From positions 1 to 64,000 of the forward strand of contig MQRK01233770.1 in NCBI GenBank assembly GCA_001938485.1: DNA of 64,000 nucleotides. The letters are read 5' to 3'. Below are positions 1 to 10,382 of the stretch, piece after piece. The DNA comes from Girardia tigrina. Taxonomy: Eukaryota. Each line of letters starts with the position of its first letter. Position 1 is the stretch's first letter. Under the pieces are notes generated by a model that saw only the letters and a program-made list of their open reading frames with translations, did no database searches and was not told the DNA's origin. Both the position numbers and the translations under genes were made by a program.

Positions 1-264
1 TAATTTTTAATTTTTTAAAATATTTAATAAGTAAATTAATATAAAAATATTTTACCCTTTAAATTAAAAAATAATAAACTATTCAGGCGAGATAAAAATT
101 TAAAATTAACCCCTCATAGCATTATTAGTTAAAATTGTTATTTTATAATTATTTTAAGTCTCCAGTATCCAACGTTAACCTTTTCAAGTAAGTTTGTCGT
201 AATATTATTTCTTTACTAAATTTTTTGTTTTATTTTTAAGTTAATACAAAAGTAAAGTAAAATA

Positions 265-499
265 CAGTGATCGCTCTTTAAATTGAACACTAACCGTGTT
301 CATTTTCAAGAGCTTCGTGGATGTATTTTCTTATCATGTAATTTGCTGTTGTTTCACTTAGAGAGCGTTTAACCTTGTACAAAATTAATTTTAAAAAATA
401 TATGAGAAAAATCATAATAAATTGTGTTCACGTTCAAGAGCTGGAATGTATATTTTAATCGCGTATTTTGATACAGTTCAATTTTTGGAGCGATTACTG
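265..499. mobile_element. Tc1/mariner-pogo type MITE
   Basis: Imperfect TIRs CAGTGATCGCTCTTTAAATTGAAC / GTTCAATTTTTGGAGCGATTACTG, flanked by TA (263-264, 500-501); no coding capacity. Confidence 0.85.
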
Positions 500-527
500 T
501 ATAAAAACAATCAATAAGTGAACAATA

Positions 528-688
528 CAGCTCACTTTTTTCTAATACTTAAAAGTAGTAGTTGTAAACCATTTAGCAAAGTTATGGCTTAACCATTAAA
601 GTATAATCAAAATCGCGAAATCTGCATTCATGGGGACCAAGAAAATTAATCCAAATTGGACGAAATCCGGATTAGAAAAATTTGACTG
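528..688. mobile_element. Tigger/pogo-like MITE (degenerate)
   Basis: TA|CAGCTCACTTTTTTCTAAT ... ATTAGAAAAATTTGACTG|TA imperfect TIRs; the internal GGGACC...CCGGATTA motif resembles 838-900 and the MITE at 54421. Confidence 0.55.
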
Positions 689-704
689 TATATATATATA
701 TATA

Positions 705-809
705 CAGGGGTGGCCATAAGTCGCCATCAACATCTGCAGTTCGTGCAAGTTTGCAGTTGCATATACCACGCACAAGTTTACTGAGTAAAGCGACATATGG
801 CCACCCCTA
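705..809. mobile_element. Short Tc1-like MITE in (TA)n
   Basis: TIRs CAGGGGTGGCCATAAGTCGC / GCGACATATGGCCACCCCT, about 105 bp, with TA microsatellite on both sides. Confidence 0.85.
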
Positions 810-2282
810 TATATATATATATATATATATATACATTTGGGACCAGAAATATCCTCCGGCTTTCGCGAATATCCAGATTATACACATGCGGATTAGGCAT
901 TTGTACACTTATAAGACGAATTTTTATCTTAAAATTGTCATATACTCCGCTCACCATACATACAATAAAAACTTAGAACCCTTACCACTAGTGTAATTCT
1001 ACCTGCTTGATATTATTATTTATGATTTACTTTTTTATACTCTGAAAAAAAATGATCAATTTATTAAAAATTACTTTTTGTTATTATTTTACTTTAAAAA
1101 TTCAGTTCAATGTCGCTGCTTTTATTTAACCTTCGGTAATATTTCGGGACTCTTTAGGGTAACTGGAGTTGTAAGAGTCAGTATTTAATTAAGTTTGGAT
1201 CTTTATTCACCTTATCTGATTTTTTTCTGATTATCTGCACATTTTTCGTCTTGCATCTTCGAGTCCTTGGAACATCCTCTCTGTATAATGAATAAGTAAA
1301 TAGTTAATTATACATTTCAATTATTCCTTAAATTTATTTTTCCTAATTTTCTCATTATATTTTTCTTGCGACAGAATATTGTTATATCTCGTCTATTTCT
1401 TGATTATATTTTGTAACAACTAAACAAGATAAGTTTGTGAAAATATTCTTTTTAATTGGGAAATATTCTTTTAAATCAAAGAAAATTAACTTTGTAAAAA
1501 TATTGATAAAAATAGTATTTTTATTAAATTAAATTGTCGTTTTAGAAATATAAATAATATTCTTTTTGTACATCCATATATTTTAAAAAAAATATAATTT
1601 AGTTTAAGCTTTTTGATTGTTGAATATGTTTTAAAATATCATATTCCATCATCCAGAATTACAATTTAATTTTTAAAGTATTTGAATGATAGTTGTAAAT
1701 ACACAAAAATATATTTAAAATCTTCCATTAAGATATCATTGAATATTAATGACATTTTTTATTTAATTAATTACACTTTTCAAAAACGTGGTCAAAAAAT
1801 TGATTTTTATTTTATTTTATTTTTAAAAAAATCGACTTTCCACCTGAGATTTATAGTAATATTTTTTAATGTCTTTTACTCATAAGAATTAAGGAAAACA
1901 TCATTATTGATTTAGTTTGAATTTTACTATTCAAAAAAAAATAAAATCGAAAAACGGTTTTCTTTAAAATACTCGAAAACCGTTTGAGATAAATAGCAGA
2001 AAATTTGGCTGAATTATCTTTATTTAATGTCGAAACGGTTCACCAAATGCAAATCGAAAAACCCACGGGGGCAAATTTCTCTTTTAAACCCGGCTATACC
2101 ATTTAATCCGAAAATATAATTATTATTGTCTAAATGTTTGCCCATGGAGCACAAAGTATCACAACGTCTTGCAATCCCCAAATCAAAACCAGATAAAAAT
2201 TCCAAACGACAGTCATATTGAGTAATTTCAATATTTGAGTCAAAGTTTAAAATAAAAAATTTATTTTCGGTATCATTTTTTC

Positions 2283-3777
2283 GGTTCCCTGACACCTCAT
2301 CCTTCGAGATATTTCAACATTATAGCAATTCATCATTATAATATTTCATCACCATAACATTTCCTTTTTTCCATTTTTTAATTATGTCCATTTTTTATTA
2401 TTTTAAATATATTTAATACTTGCTTGTTACTTTACTGTTTTTTGCGTGTTTTGATGTAAAATTTGTTTTGTTTGTAATGTCTTTGTATTTTACTGTCAAG
2501 AATTTCGTTGTAGGATAATAAATAAATGAAATAAATTCAAGAAAAAATAAAAAACAAAAAAACCTGTTTGTGGGACTAGTATTTACTTGGCAAACAGATA
2601 AGTAACCAAAATTTGGGAAACCAATATGCCCTTTAAATTTAATTACCTGTACAAATTTACTCTACATCCAAATCCTCTAAAATGTTTGTTCCATTAGTTT
2701 CACTGTGCAACAAAACTGCAAACTGCTGCAACATGTTGCCACAATTGCTCAGTATGTTAATTACTCAATTACACATATATGTACTTAAGTTTGCAAAATG
2801 TACTTTATGCAATGATGAAAAATATCTATAAATAATAAAAACAAGTACATGCATTTAAAACAACAGTATTTAAAGTAACAAGTAAGTATTAAATATATTT
2901 AAAATAATAAAAAATGTACATAATTAAAAAGTGGACAAAATAAAATGTTATGGTAATGAAATACTGTTAGGGTTTCGAAAAATACATATGAACACTTTTG
3001 ATAAAATTTTATGTAAGAAAAATTTTCAAATAATTATTTTAGTAAAATAATTAATTTCAAACAAAATAATATTTAGTTTAACAAAATTTGGAATTTAAAA
3101 TTAAAAATATTTTAGTCTTTGTTTTAATTGATCAATTTTCAAGGCTGATGAAAATAACTATATAAACAGCAGCAAATTTAGTTTAGTTTGCCCAAAAATA
3201 TTTGCTGAAAAATTCACCTAAGAAGAGTTCACGTAAACAAGTAAAGTGAATACCAAATTTATTTTATTTTTATTTTATCCTTTAAAATATTGTTTTATTA
3301 AAGAAACCATAAGTACCCCGTACGGGAGAAAAAGGTTTTTGAATTTAAAGTTTTAATCAAATCATCGTTCGTTTTTGGAGATTCACAGTTTTTACTGTAA
3401 TCTGTTAACTCGCACGAAATATTGATTTGTGTTTGTGTTCTGTCATCAAGAATTGAATTATTATTATTATTTGTGACTTGTTAATTTTTGTTATTTGAAA
3501 TAAAGTTTCATAAAGAATTTGTGTTCCTTATTCATATATTTATGTTGGAAGTCATTTCTGATTAATTGGAGTCAGATCAAAGATTTAAGATTTCAGATTA
3601 AAGATTAGTGATTAAAGATTAAAGGTTACGATTAAAGATTAAAGATAAAGATTTGTGTTTAAAAGTAATATTTAAATTAAAGATAATTTAATACCCAACA
3701 ATACTATAATGATGAATTGCTATAATGTTGAAATGTGCAATGATGAAATGTCTCGAATGATGAGGTGTTCGGTCACC
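2283..3777. mobile_element. Long-TIR non-autonomous DNA transposon (possibly MULE-like), interrupted by a solo LTR
   Basis: 2283-2450 is the reverse complement of about 2860-2964 joined to 3705-3777; GG...CC termini; flanks CATTTTTTC / CATTCTTTT could be a decayed 9-bp TSD. Confidence 0.7.
2965..3700 (+). mobile_element. Solo LTR, family 1 (4-bp TSD)
   Basis: TGTTAGGG...ACCCAACA termini; exact TSD ATAC at 2961-2964 and 3701-3704; internal TATATAAA and AATAAA; AAGATT-type short repeats near the 3' end; second copy at 23279. Confidence 0.85.
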
Positions 3778-3991
3778 CATTCTTTTGTAGAATTTTTACG
3801 TTTATATTTCATTCTTTTGTAAATTTTTACCCAATGAAATTTTTTCTGTAATTTTTTTCCTGTGTATTTTTTTCATGTGTAATTCTTTCATGTTACCTTT
3901 TAAAATTATATACTTTAAAAATTCAAATTTATTGCAAATATATTATGAAACTTGATGTAAGTTTAATTTAAAATATTGTTTAAAAAATCTT

Positions 3992-4036
<45 letters not shown>

Positions 4037-4619
4037 AAAAAATGGAAAGAAAATTCATTTTCAAAAAAAATATAAAAAAATAAATTATGCTCCATTGCAC
4101 TAAAATAATCCATAGGAATAGTCATATTTTTCAGTCATAAAAGGGTTCTCCCTCCGTCTTATGTCTTCTACGTCTATCTGTATTTCTTTAATTGTTTCGT
4201 TATACTTTTATAATGTCAAAATATTTATTTGCTGTTGAAAAGCAATTATTATGGTCGAAACATGTACGATGATAATTTTTCAAAATATGCTTCGATATTA
4301 TCTATTCAAATAATATATCAATACATGACTCGAAAAAAATTATAAATTAATAAACCAAATCATTTCAATATGAAAATTGTGTGAACGAATATTTAAAATA
4401 AAATAATAATAATAAATAATTTTTTCCAATTAAAAACTAAGAAAATTGCATTAAATATATCTTAAATAAAAACTGAAACTATATTAATTGTTCGATAAGC
4501 TCTATGTAATCCTATTAATAAAAAATCAATTAATTTTCATTTTAATTTAATTTTTTAATTAGTAAAATCTTCAAAATTTTGTTTAACATGTATTTTAATT
4601 CATAATCAGTTTACTGCAG

Positions 4620-4941
4620 TCTGTACCATTATACGGTGGTGGGACAATCACGTTTGATACTCAAAAGCATAAGATAAATGATATTTCCTATGGACTGCAG
4701 CTTGATAAGGGAGACATCTGTTTGAGTTCAATTGCTAACAGTAAAGACTTTAATGCTCAAATTTATATGAAACTCTCTGAAAAAATGGAAATCGGAATAG
4801 AAAATGGTTGGAACCTCGACACAAAAAAATCGAAATTTGCAGGAGTCAGTCAATTAACATTGGAATCTGGATCTCAAATCAAGGCTAAAATAGAATCTTC
4901 GGGGATTTTATCCTTTGGTTATACGCTTGCAGTAAATGAAG
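4620..4941 (+). CDS. VDAC: Voltage-dependent anion channel (mitochondrial porin), penultimate exon
   Basis: Open frame SVPLYGGGTITFDTQKHKINDISYGLQL...DFNAQIYMKLSEKMEIGIENGW...SKFAGVSQLTLESGSQIKAKIESSGILSFGYTLAVNEG matches the VDAC C-terminal beta strands (F..[30 protein letters not shown]). Acceptor CAG at 4617-4619 (alternative AG at 4608-4609); GT donor at 4942. Confidence 0.88.
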
Positions 4942-5503
4942 GTCTTTATTTATTACCATGAAAGTATTTAAACTTTTTTTAAAAAAAATTGGAAAATATA
5001 AATTTTTGGAAATTGAGATATTAATAAACTCTATTCAATAAAGTCAAATTTATTTTTAGCCAACTTCAGGTTTTATTAACAACAATAGAGCTAACTTATT
5101 CATTGACGATTTGGAAATGACGTAGAGTAGAAGCTAATTAAAGGCTGTTAACAATGTGGAAGAGAGACTTATTTGGATATTAATTGATCAATTAATGTTA
5201 CTTAATTAAATATACCTCGCAAAAAACTCTTTCCCAATAATTTTTAAAATTATTACACAATATTTTAAAATAGGTTGAACTTATATAATACTGGAGTGAC
5301 TTCTCGTAATCTCTGAAAACGGATTAAGTAGCATAAGCCTTATTAATAAGATAAATTAATCCGAAAATTGATTTTAAAGTTCCATACGCAATCTCTCTGT
5401 TACAAATTTTCAAATAGAACTATAATGATCTACTTCGTTAAATAATGACGACTTATTATCATTATATATATATATATATATATGCTTCTAAAGGTGTTGT
5501 TAA

Positions 5504-5548
5504 TTTAGTCTGAAGATTGCGGACAATCCACCGAAATTAATTACTAAA
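5504..5548 (+). ncRNA. Minimal type I hammerhead ribozyme motif
   Basis: Stem I TTTAGT/ACTAAA, core CTGAAGA (5510-5516), partly decayed stem II, GAAA (5533-5536), palindromic stem III region AATTAATT, predicted AUU cleavage triplet. Confidence 0.7.
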
Positions 5549-5654
5549 ATAAATTTTAAAAAATAGTGTTCAATATTTTTTAATAATTTTAAATTTCCAT
5601 CGTTTTATTTAATTTATTATCTTCAATTTATAAGCCATTTCTTTTTAAAAATCA

Positions 5655-5697
5655 GTGGTCTGAAGATGACGTTTAAACCATCGAAATTAATAAACAA
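5655..5697 (+). ncRNA. Minimal type I hammerhead ribozyme motif (degenerate)
   Basis: CTGAAGA-TGACGTTTAAACCATC-GAAA-TTAA-TA; core intact but stems I and II imperfect; 150 nt downstream of the first motif. Confidence 0.55.
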
Positions 5698-6180
5698 AAC
5701 AAATGGATTGGCTTGTGAAATTTGATTTTAATAAGTTGCCAATATGTCTAAAATTTGTTTACAATATTTGAAATATATTATAGTTTAGGATTTGAATAAT
5801 AACTTAAATAAAACCAAAATTCATTGAATAAAATAAATTATTGTTTTTTAATATAATGTATATCGTGATTTATTGGCATAGCTTGTTCAATTCTTTATTA
5901 GGGCGATATTTCCCCCAAATCGTTAAGTAGATCCTTGATCTGGGTTGTTTTACTTTCACAGGGTCCCACAAATTCTACACTAAATTAAATGTAATTCTAA
6001 GCTACTGTTGTTTCTCATACTCTCTCTCCCATCTTTATTCGTACCAGCCAATGAACAGGTTATCAGTTAATAACAATAAAGTGATCACGAGGATCGGAAA
6101 AGTGAAGCGTTTTGATTAAGTTATAAGGGAAATATGTAATGTGGAATACGTCGATCTTCTTTATCTCCAAATACCTACAG

Positions 6181-6645
6181 CAGTGTTTTTCAACCTTTTC
6201 GGTAAAGCGGAACCCTATACAAATGACTACCTTGGTCGCGGAACCCTTATTCTATGTCACATAATAAACCTCATCGGTGAAAATGCAGCTTTTACGTTTA
6301 ATTGTACTATTTCTAAAATTTATGTCACATTTTCATTATTCATTATAAGCGTCACCAACAACAACTTATTAAAAGTTGCATAAAAATCCACAAATATCAA
6401 GGAATGTAAACATTAATTATAGTTACATATACATAGCAATAGTCAACAATTCAGTGTGAAATTTGTGCTTGATGATTTCTGTAGATAAGTTGAATTCTAT
6501 GCCGCGTTTTAGACAGACACACCTGAAATTCCTCTTCGACTGAAAGTAATCTTTCTCGCTTCTTGTATTTAATTGTTGTCAAACACGAAAATCCTAACTC
6601 ACATAAGTAAGAAGTTGAAAATTGAACCAACAGAGGTTCCGCCAA
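6181..6645 (-). mobile_element. hAT Buster/Charlie 3' end fragment
   Basis: TIR CAGTGTTTTTCAACCTTTT at 6181; near-identical reverse complement of about 12050-12501; encodes C-terminal FSTSYLCELGFS...QAQISH; flank ACCTACAG fits the NNNTANNN target. Confidence 0.9.
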
Positions 6646-6913
6646 AAATATTTAAAATTTTAGAATTTACTGACACAAAATCCAGAATATTGATTTTATG
6701 GGGGTATGAATCATTCTTTAATCAGTTACTTAGTTATATATATATATATAATCGCATATTGGGTTCTTGATCAAAAGACGTTGTCATTAACACAAAACTT
6801 TATTTCTAATACAACTTTCATTATTCAAACAAATTTATGAGAAACAATATTTCAGTTACATAAACCACATTTTAAAATTCTAAATATAAATAATATTGAT
6901 GTATATATATATA

Positions 6914-7017
6914 CAGTAGCGCTCAAAAATAACCGGACGAAGTGAAAATTGGCTATATCTCTTGAATGGTATTAAATATATTAATGAAATTTTGCCAAAA
7001 TGTGTAGCTTAACAGTT
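6914..7017. mobile_element. Tc1-like element terminus cut by an assembly gap
   Basis: TA|CAGTAGCGCTCAAAAATAA, similar to the terminus at 59750 (CAGTATCGCTCAAAATGA). Confidence 0.5.
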
Positions 7018-7119
7018 NNNNNNNNNNNNNNNNNNNNNNNNNNNNNNNNNNNNNNNNNNNNNNNNNNAAGATGTTTGCATAATCATCAATTTGCTATATA
7101 TAAGACAGCGAAATTGTTG

Positions 7120-7170
7120 TTTATTCAGCCTGAAGATGGTGGAAAATCCACCGAAATATATTGCAATAAA
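7120..7170 (+). ncRNA. Minimal type I hammerhead ribozyme motif
   Basis: Stem I TTTATT(CA)GC / GCAATAAA, CTGAAGA (7130-7136), perfect stem II GGTGG-AAAAT-CCACC, GAAA (7153-7156), palindromic AATATATT, AUU triplet. Confidence 0.8.
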
Positions 7171-7237
7171 ATTTGATTTTAATGGCTTTCTTAATTATAA
7201 AATTTTGCCATTATTTTTTAAATTTCTTATTAAGATT

Positions 7238-7296
<59 letters not shown>

Positions 7297-9676
7297 TTAT
7301 TTATAGCGGGAAAAGTGCTCAACTCACAACATCATGAGTTTCCCAAATAGCACTTAAAGAAAGAACAAACAGGTAAAGATAAGAGTCAATGAGAATTTGT
7401 TATTTTATGAAATAATGTTGAGTTGTATAAAATATAAATAATGGTTGTATAAAATATAAATCAGGAAGTAATTTAAGGTAATGATGTTTAAATATTGTAA
7501 TTTTAAAATTACTACTATGAAATAATTAAACTCAGAAAGGGAGAAAGGGCAAGGAGTCTAGCTCAATCGCAATGCTAGTCTCCAAGAAAAAGAAACGATA
7601 AAGAAATAAATATAACAAATAACCAATTATTGTTCGCCTTTAAAATACGGAACAGTTCATTGGATTCAACGAGGTAAACTCGCTACTAATTGGGTAGTCC
7701 TTAATAATATCTGGTAATCGAGAGGGATAAGAATTGACCTTATTAGGTCTTGGATTTTGCGAGACGATATTATTTAAACAATACATTCCAGAAGATGTTC
7801 CTGAAAAATTGAAAATAATTTCGGAAAAGTCACTTTGAATTGCGGTTAGCTATTCCAAACAAAAACTTTTGAAATTCCTGGAAGCTAAAAGAATAAGATA
7901 AAACTAATAATATATCCACGCATTTCTTGTTGTATTTTCAATTTGTGCGAACGTTTCACGATAATTATCTTTTGTCTTTAAGATAATATTTATTTCTGTT
8001 GATTTTTTATCGATTTTTTAATAATATTTTTATTTTGTACTTTTTATTTATAAAATAAATAAAAAATAAATACATATACAAATACATATTCACAGGCATA
8101 TATAAACTAAAAAATTATAATAATAAATAATAATAATATATAAATAAAAATATTTGAAATTAAAATAGATAAACATATAATTGTTCGTTGTAGTGGAACA
8201 CAACATTACTTAATACATACGCTAAATTCATTGAAAATCGATTGTTGATTGAGAGTACATGCAGATTATTTTAAACAGGTATTTTACCAATTTATAATAA
8301 AAAAGTAAATAAAACAATGTTCTGAAAAGTATAAAATATTTTTATTAGTTTATAGCTTTTTAAAAGTTTTGGTTCAACATGTTGCACATAGCGAAGTTTT
8401 ATCCCTTAATGTCACATCTTTCGTTTCTCAACACATACAAGTATAAAAAAGAATTAGACAAGCACACAAGTCAGTGCATTTTCTAAAAGTTTCAGAAAGT
8501 ACCTAGCTGCAGCAATCCAAAAGTCTATAAATCTATAAGTTATTTCAGGAATTGAAAATTTTAATTAACTCATCCTAATATTTACATATCATTTACTGAA
8601 TTTATTTATTTAAATTAAAATAAAAATTTGGATAATTAAAACTTTTAATTAATTTTTATTAAATTTTAGGTTATTGAAATCACATTTCTTGATTAAGAGT
8701 AAAAAAATAAGCCCTTAATTTGTTAAGCAATTTTCAGGGAAGCAATGCAGCAAAAAGTTTTTCAATACATAGAAATTGTTAAAAAAAATATTCACTGTTA
8801 CTTTTTTTTAATTAAAAATATATATTTTTCTTAATTTAAAACTAATTTCTTTATCATTTTAATCTTCTTTCAAAAATGCCAAAAAATATGGAATTAAATA
8901 AAAATTTGCACAAAAAATTCCGGCTACCTTTTTTCAAGATTTGAACAGTGTTTCATTTTTTAAAGAAAATAAAAGAATATATATAATTTCCGTAAAATTA
9001 AACGGAGAAATTTATTTTTAATATAGAAAAAGGTTTTATTAAAAAATTATTTTTATCCAATTAAAACTAAATAAAATTGTTTTAAATTTAATAAGATTTA
9101 CTACTTGTTTTTTTTAAATGACGGTCTTTTCCAAAGCTAATAATTATAATTTTTAAATTCTGTATTATTTATAACAAAATAAGAATATACTTTAGATGTA
9201 TCGATTTTTGTTTTAATCATCAAATCTCTAGAGTTTCTGAATTTCTGAAAGATAGACTTAAATTATTTTTTTTCAATTTAAATATTTCTTTACCGCGAGA
9301 CGTTTTATTTTTTTTATAACTTGTTAAAATAATGAAGAAATTGTAGAACATAAATCTTTCTTCAGAATTTATTTTTAAAAAATTAATATCTTTCTCATAT
9401 TTATGTTTATTTGATTATAATTTTAAATTATTTTATTAAAAAAACAACTATTTTCCTTTAGTTTGAATCAATTTTTTCTCATATTTGTTTAAATCAATAA
9501 ATCGTCTATTTTTTACTTGGAAAATAACTGGCAACTATATTCTTCTTAAAGCTGAAATTCAACAAAAATATGTTCAAATTATTATGCTAATAAATTATAT
9601 ATATTATCTAGAATTGATAATGGCATTTTTAATAATAATGAAAAGAAAGGCCATTTTTGAATATTAAATTTATTCA

Positions 9677-9719
9677 CAATACAAACGCGTTTCACCATTT
9701 CGGCATCTTCAGTGCAATG
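9677..9719 (-). ncRNA. Minimal type I hammerhead ribozyme motif (inverted pLTR copy)
   Basis: Reverse complement reads CATTGCA-CTGAAGA-TGCCGAAATGGT-GAAA-CGCG-TT-TGTATTG. Confidence 0.75.
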
Positions 9720-10143
9720 AAATAAAGAGATTAATTAATATTTATATATATTAATATTTATATAATTAATATTTATAAAGGTAATAATCCTTTCATAATT
9801 TGTGTCAAAATTATTTAAAATCACTTTAAAATCTTTATTGTAATCCATAAGATTACCTTTACATCTTTTATCTTAATCTTATGGATTAAAATAAAGATTT
9901 TAAAGTGATTTTAAATAATTTTGACACAAATTATGAAAGGATTATTACCGAAGCATTGTTAATAAAGCATCATAAATCATGCTTAAACGTGCAAGGTGAT
10001 TCATCTAATCATATTAAAGTTTTTTAAATATTTTTAAATATCATTAAAATACTTTTCTTTTTTTTAAAGAAAAAAAAACATGTTTTTGAGACGTATGATG
10101 TAATAGTTTTCAACTATATAAATAGTATTTAATCACTTTATTT

Positions 10144-10186
10144 CATTGCACTGAAGATGCCGAAATGGTGAAACGCGTATGTATTG
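10144..10186 (+). ncRNA. Minimal type I hammerhead ribozyme motif
   Basis: CATTGCA-CTGAAGA-TGCCGAAATGGT-GAAA-CGCG-TA-TGTATTG: stem I pairs, palindromic ACGCGT stem III, GUA triplet ending at 10179. Confidence 0.8.
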
Positions 10187-10225
10187 CTAATAAATTTAAT
10201 ATTCAAAAATGGCCTTTCTTTTCAT

Positions 10226-10289
<64 letters not shown>

Positions 10290-10382
10290 TAATCAAAACA
10301 TTTGTTTTATTGATTCAAATAATATATTTCTTTTTATTTTCATTTAAACTTATTTATTATATTTATTTTGTAAATTACCATT

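Larger units (their letters stand above)
9635..10228 (+). mobile_element. 5'-truncated Penelope-like element with inverted pLTR
   Basis: 9893-10027 encodes KDFKVILNNFDTNYERIITEALLIKHHKSCLNVQGDSSNHIKVF*, a GIY-YIG endonuclease C-terminus (EAL.I....LN.Q). 9635-9740 is an inverted copy of 10125-10228. Inner palindrome 9780-9855 / 9874-9949. Confidence 0.85.

Noticed and set aside
682-996. Short ORFs with YIYIYI runs (also 7091-7306, 10165-10347 and 25039-25245)
   Set aside because: Translations of (TA)n microsatellites and MITEs.
1-4600. Upstream VDAC exons
   Set aside because: No segment with convincing VDAC N-terminal similarity was found; they probably lie before the window.
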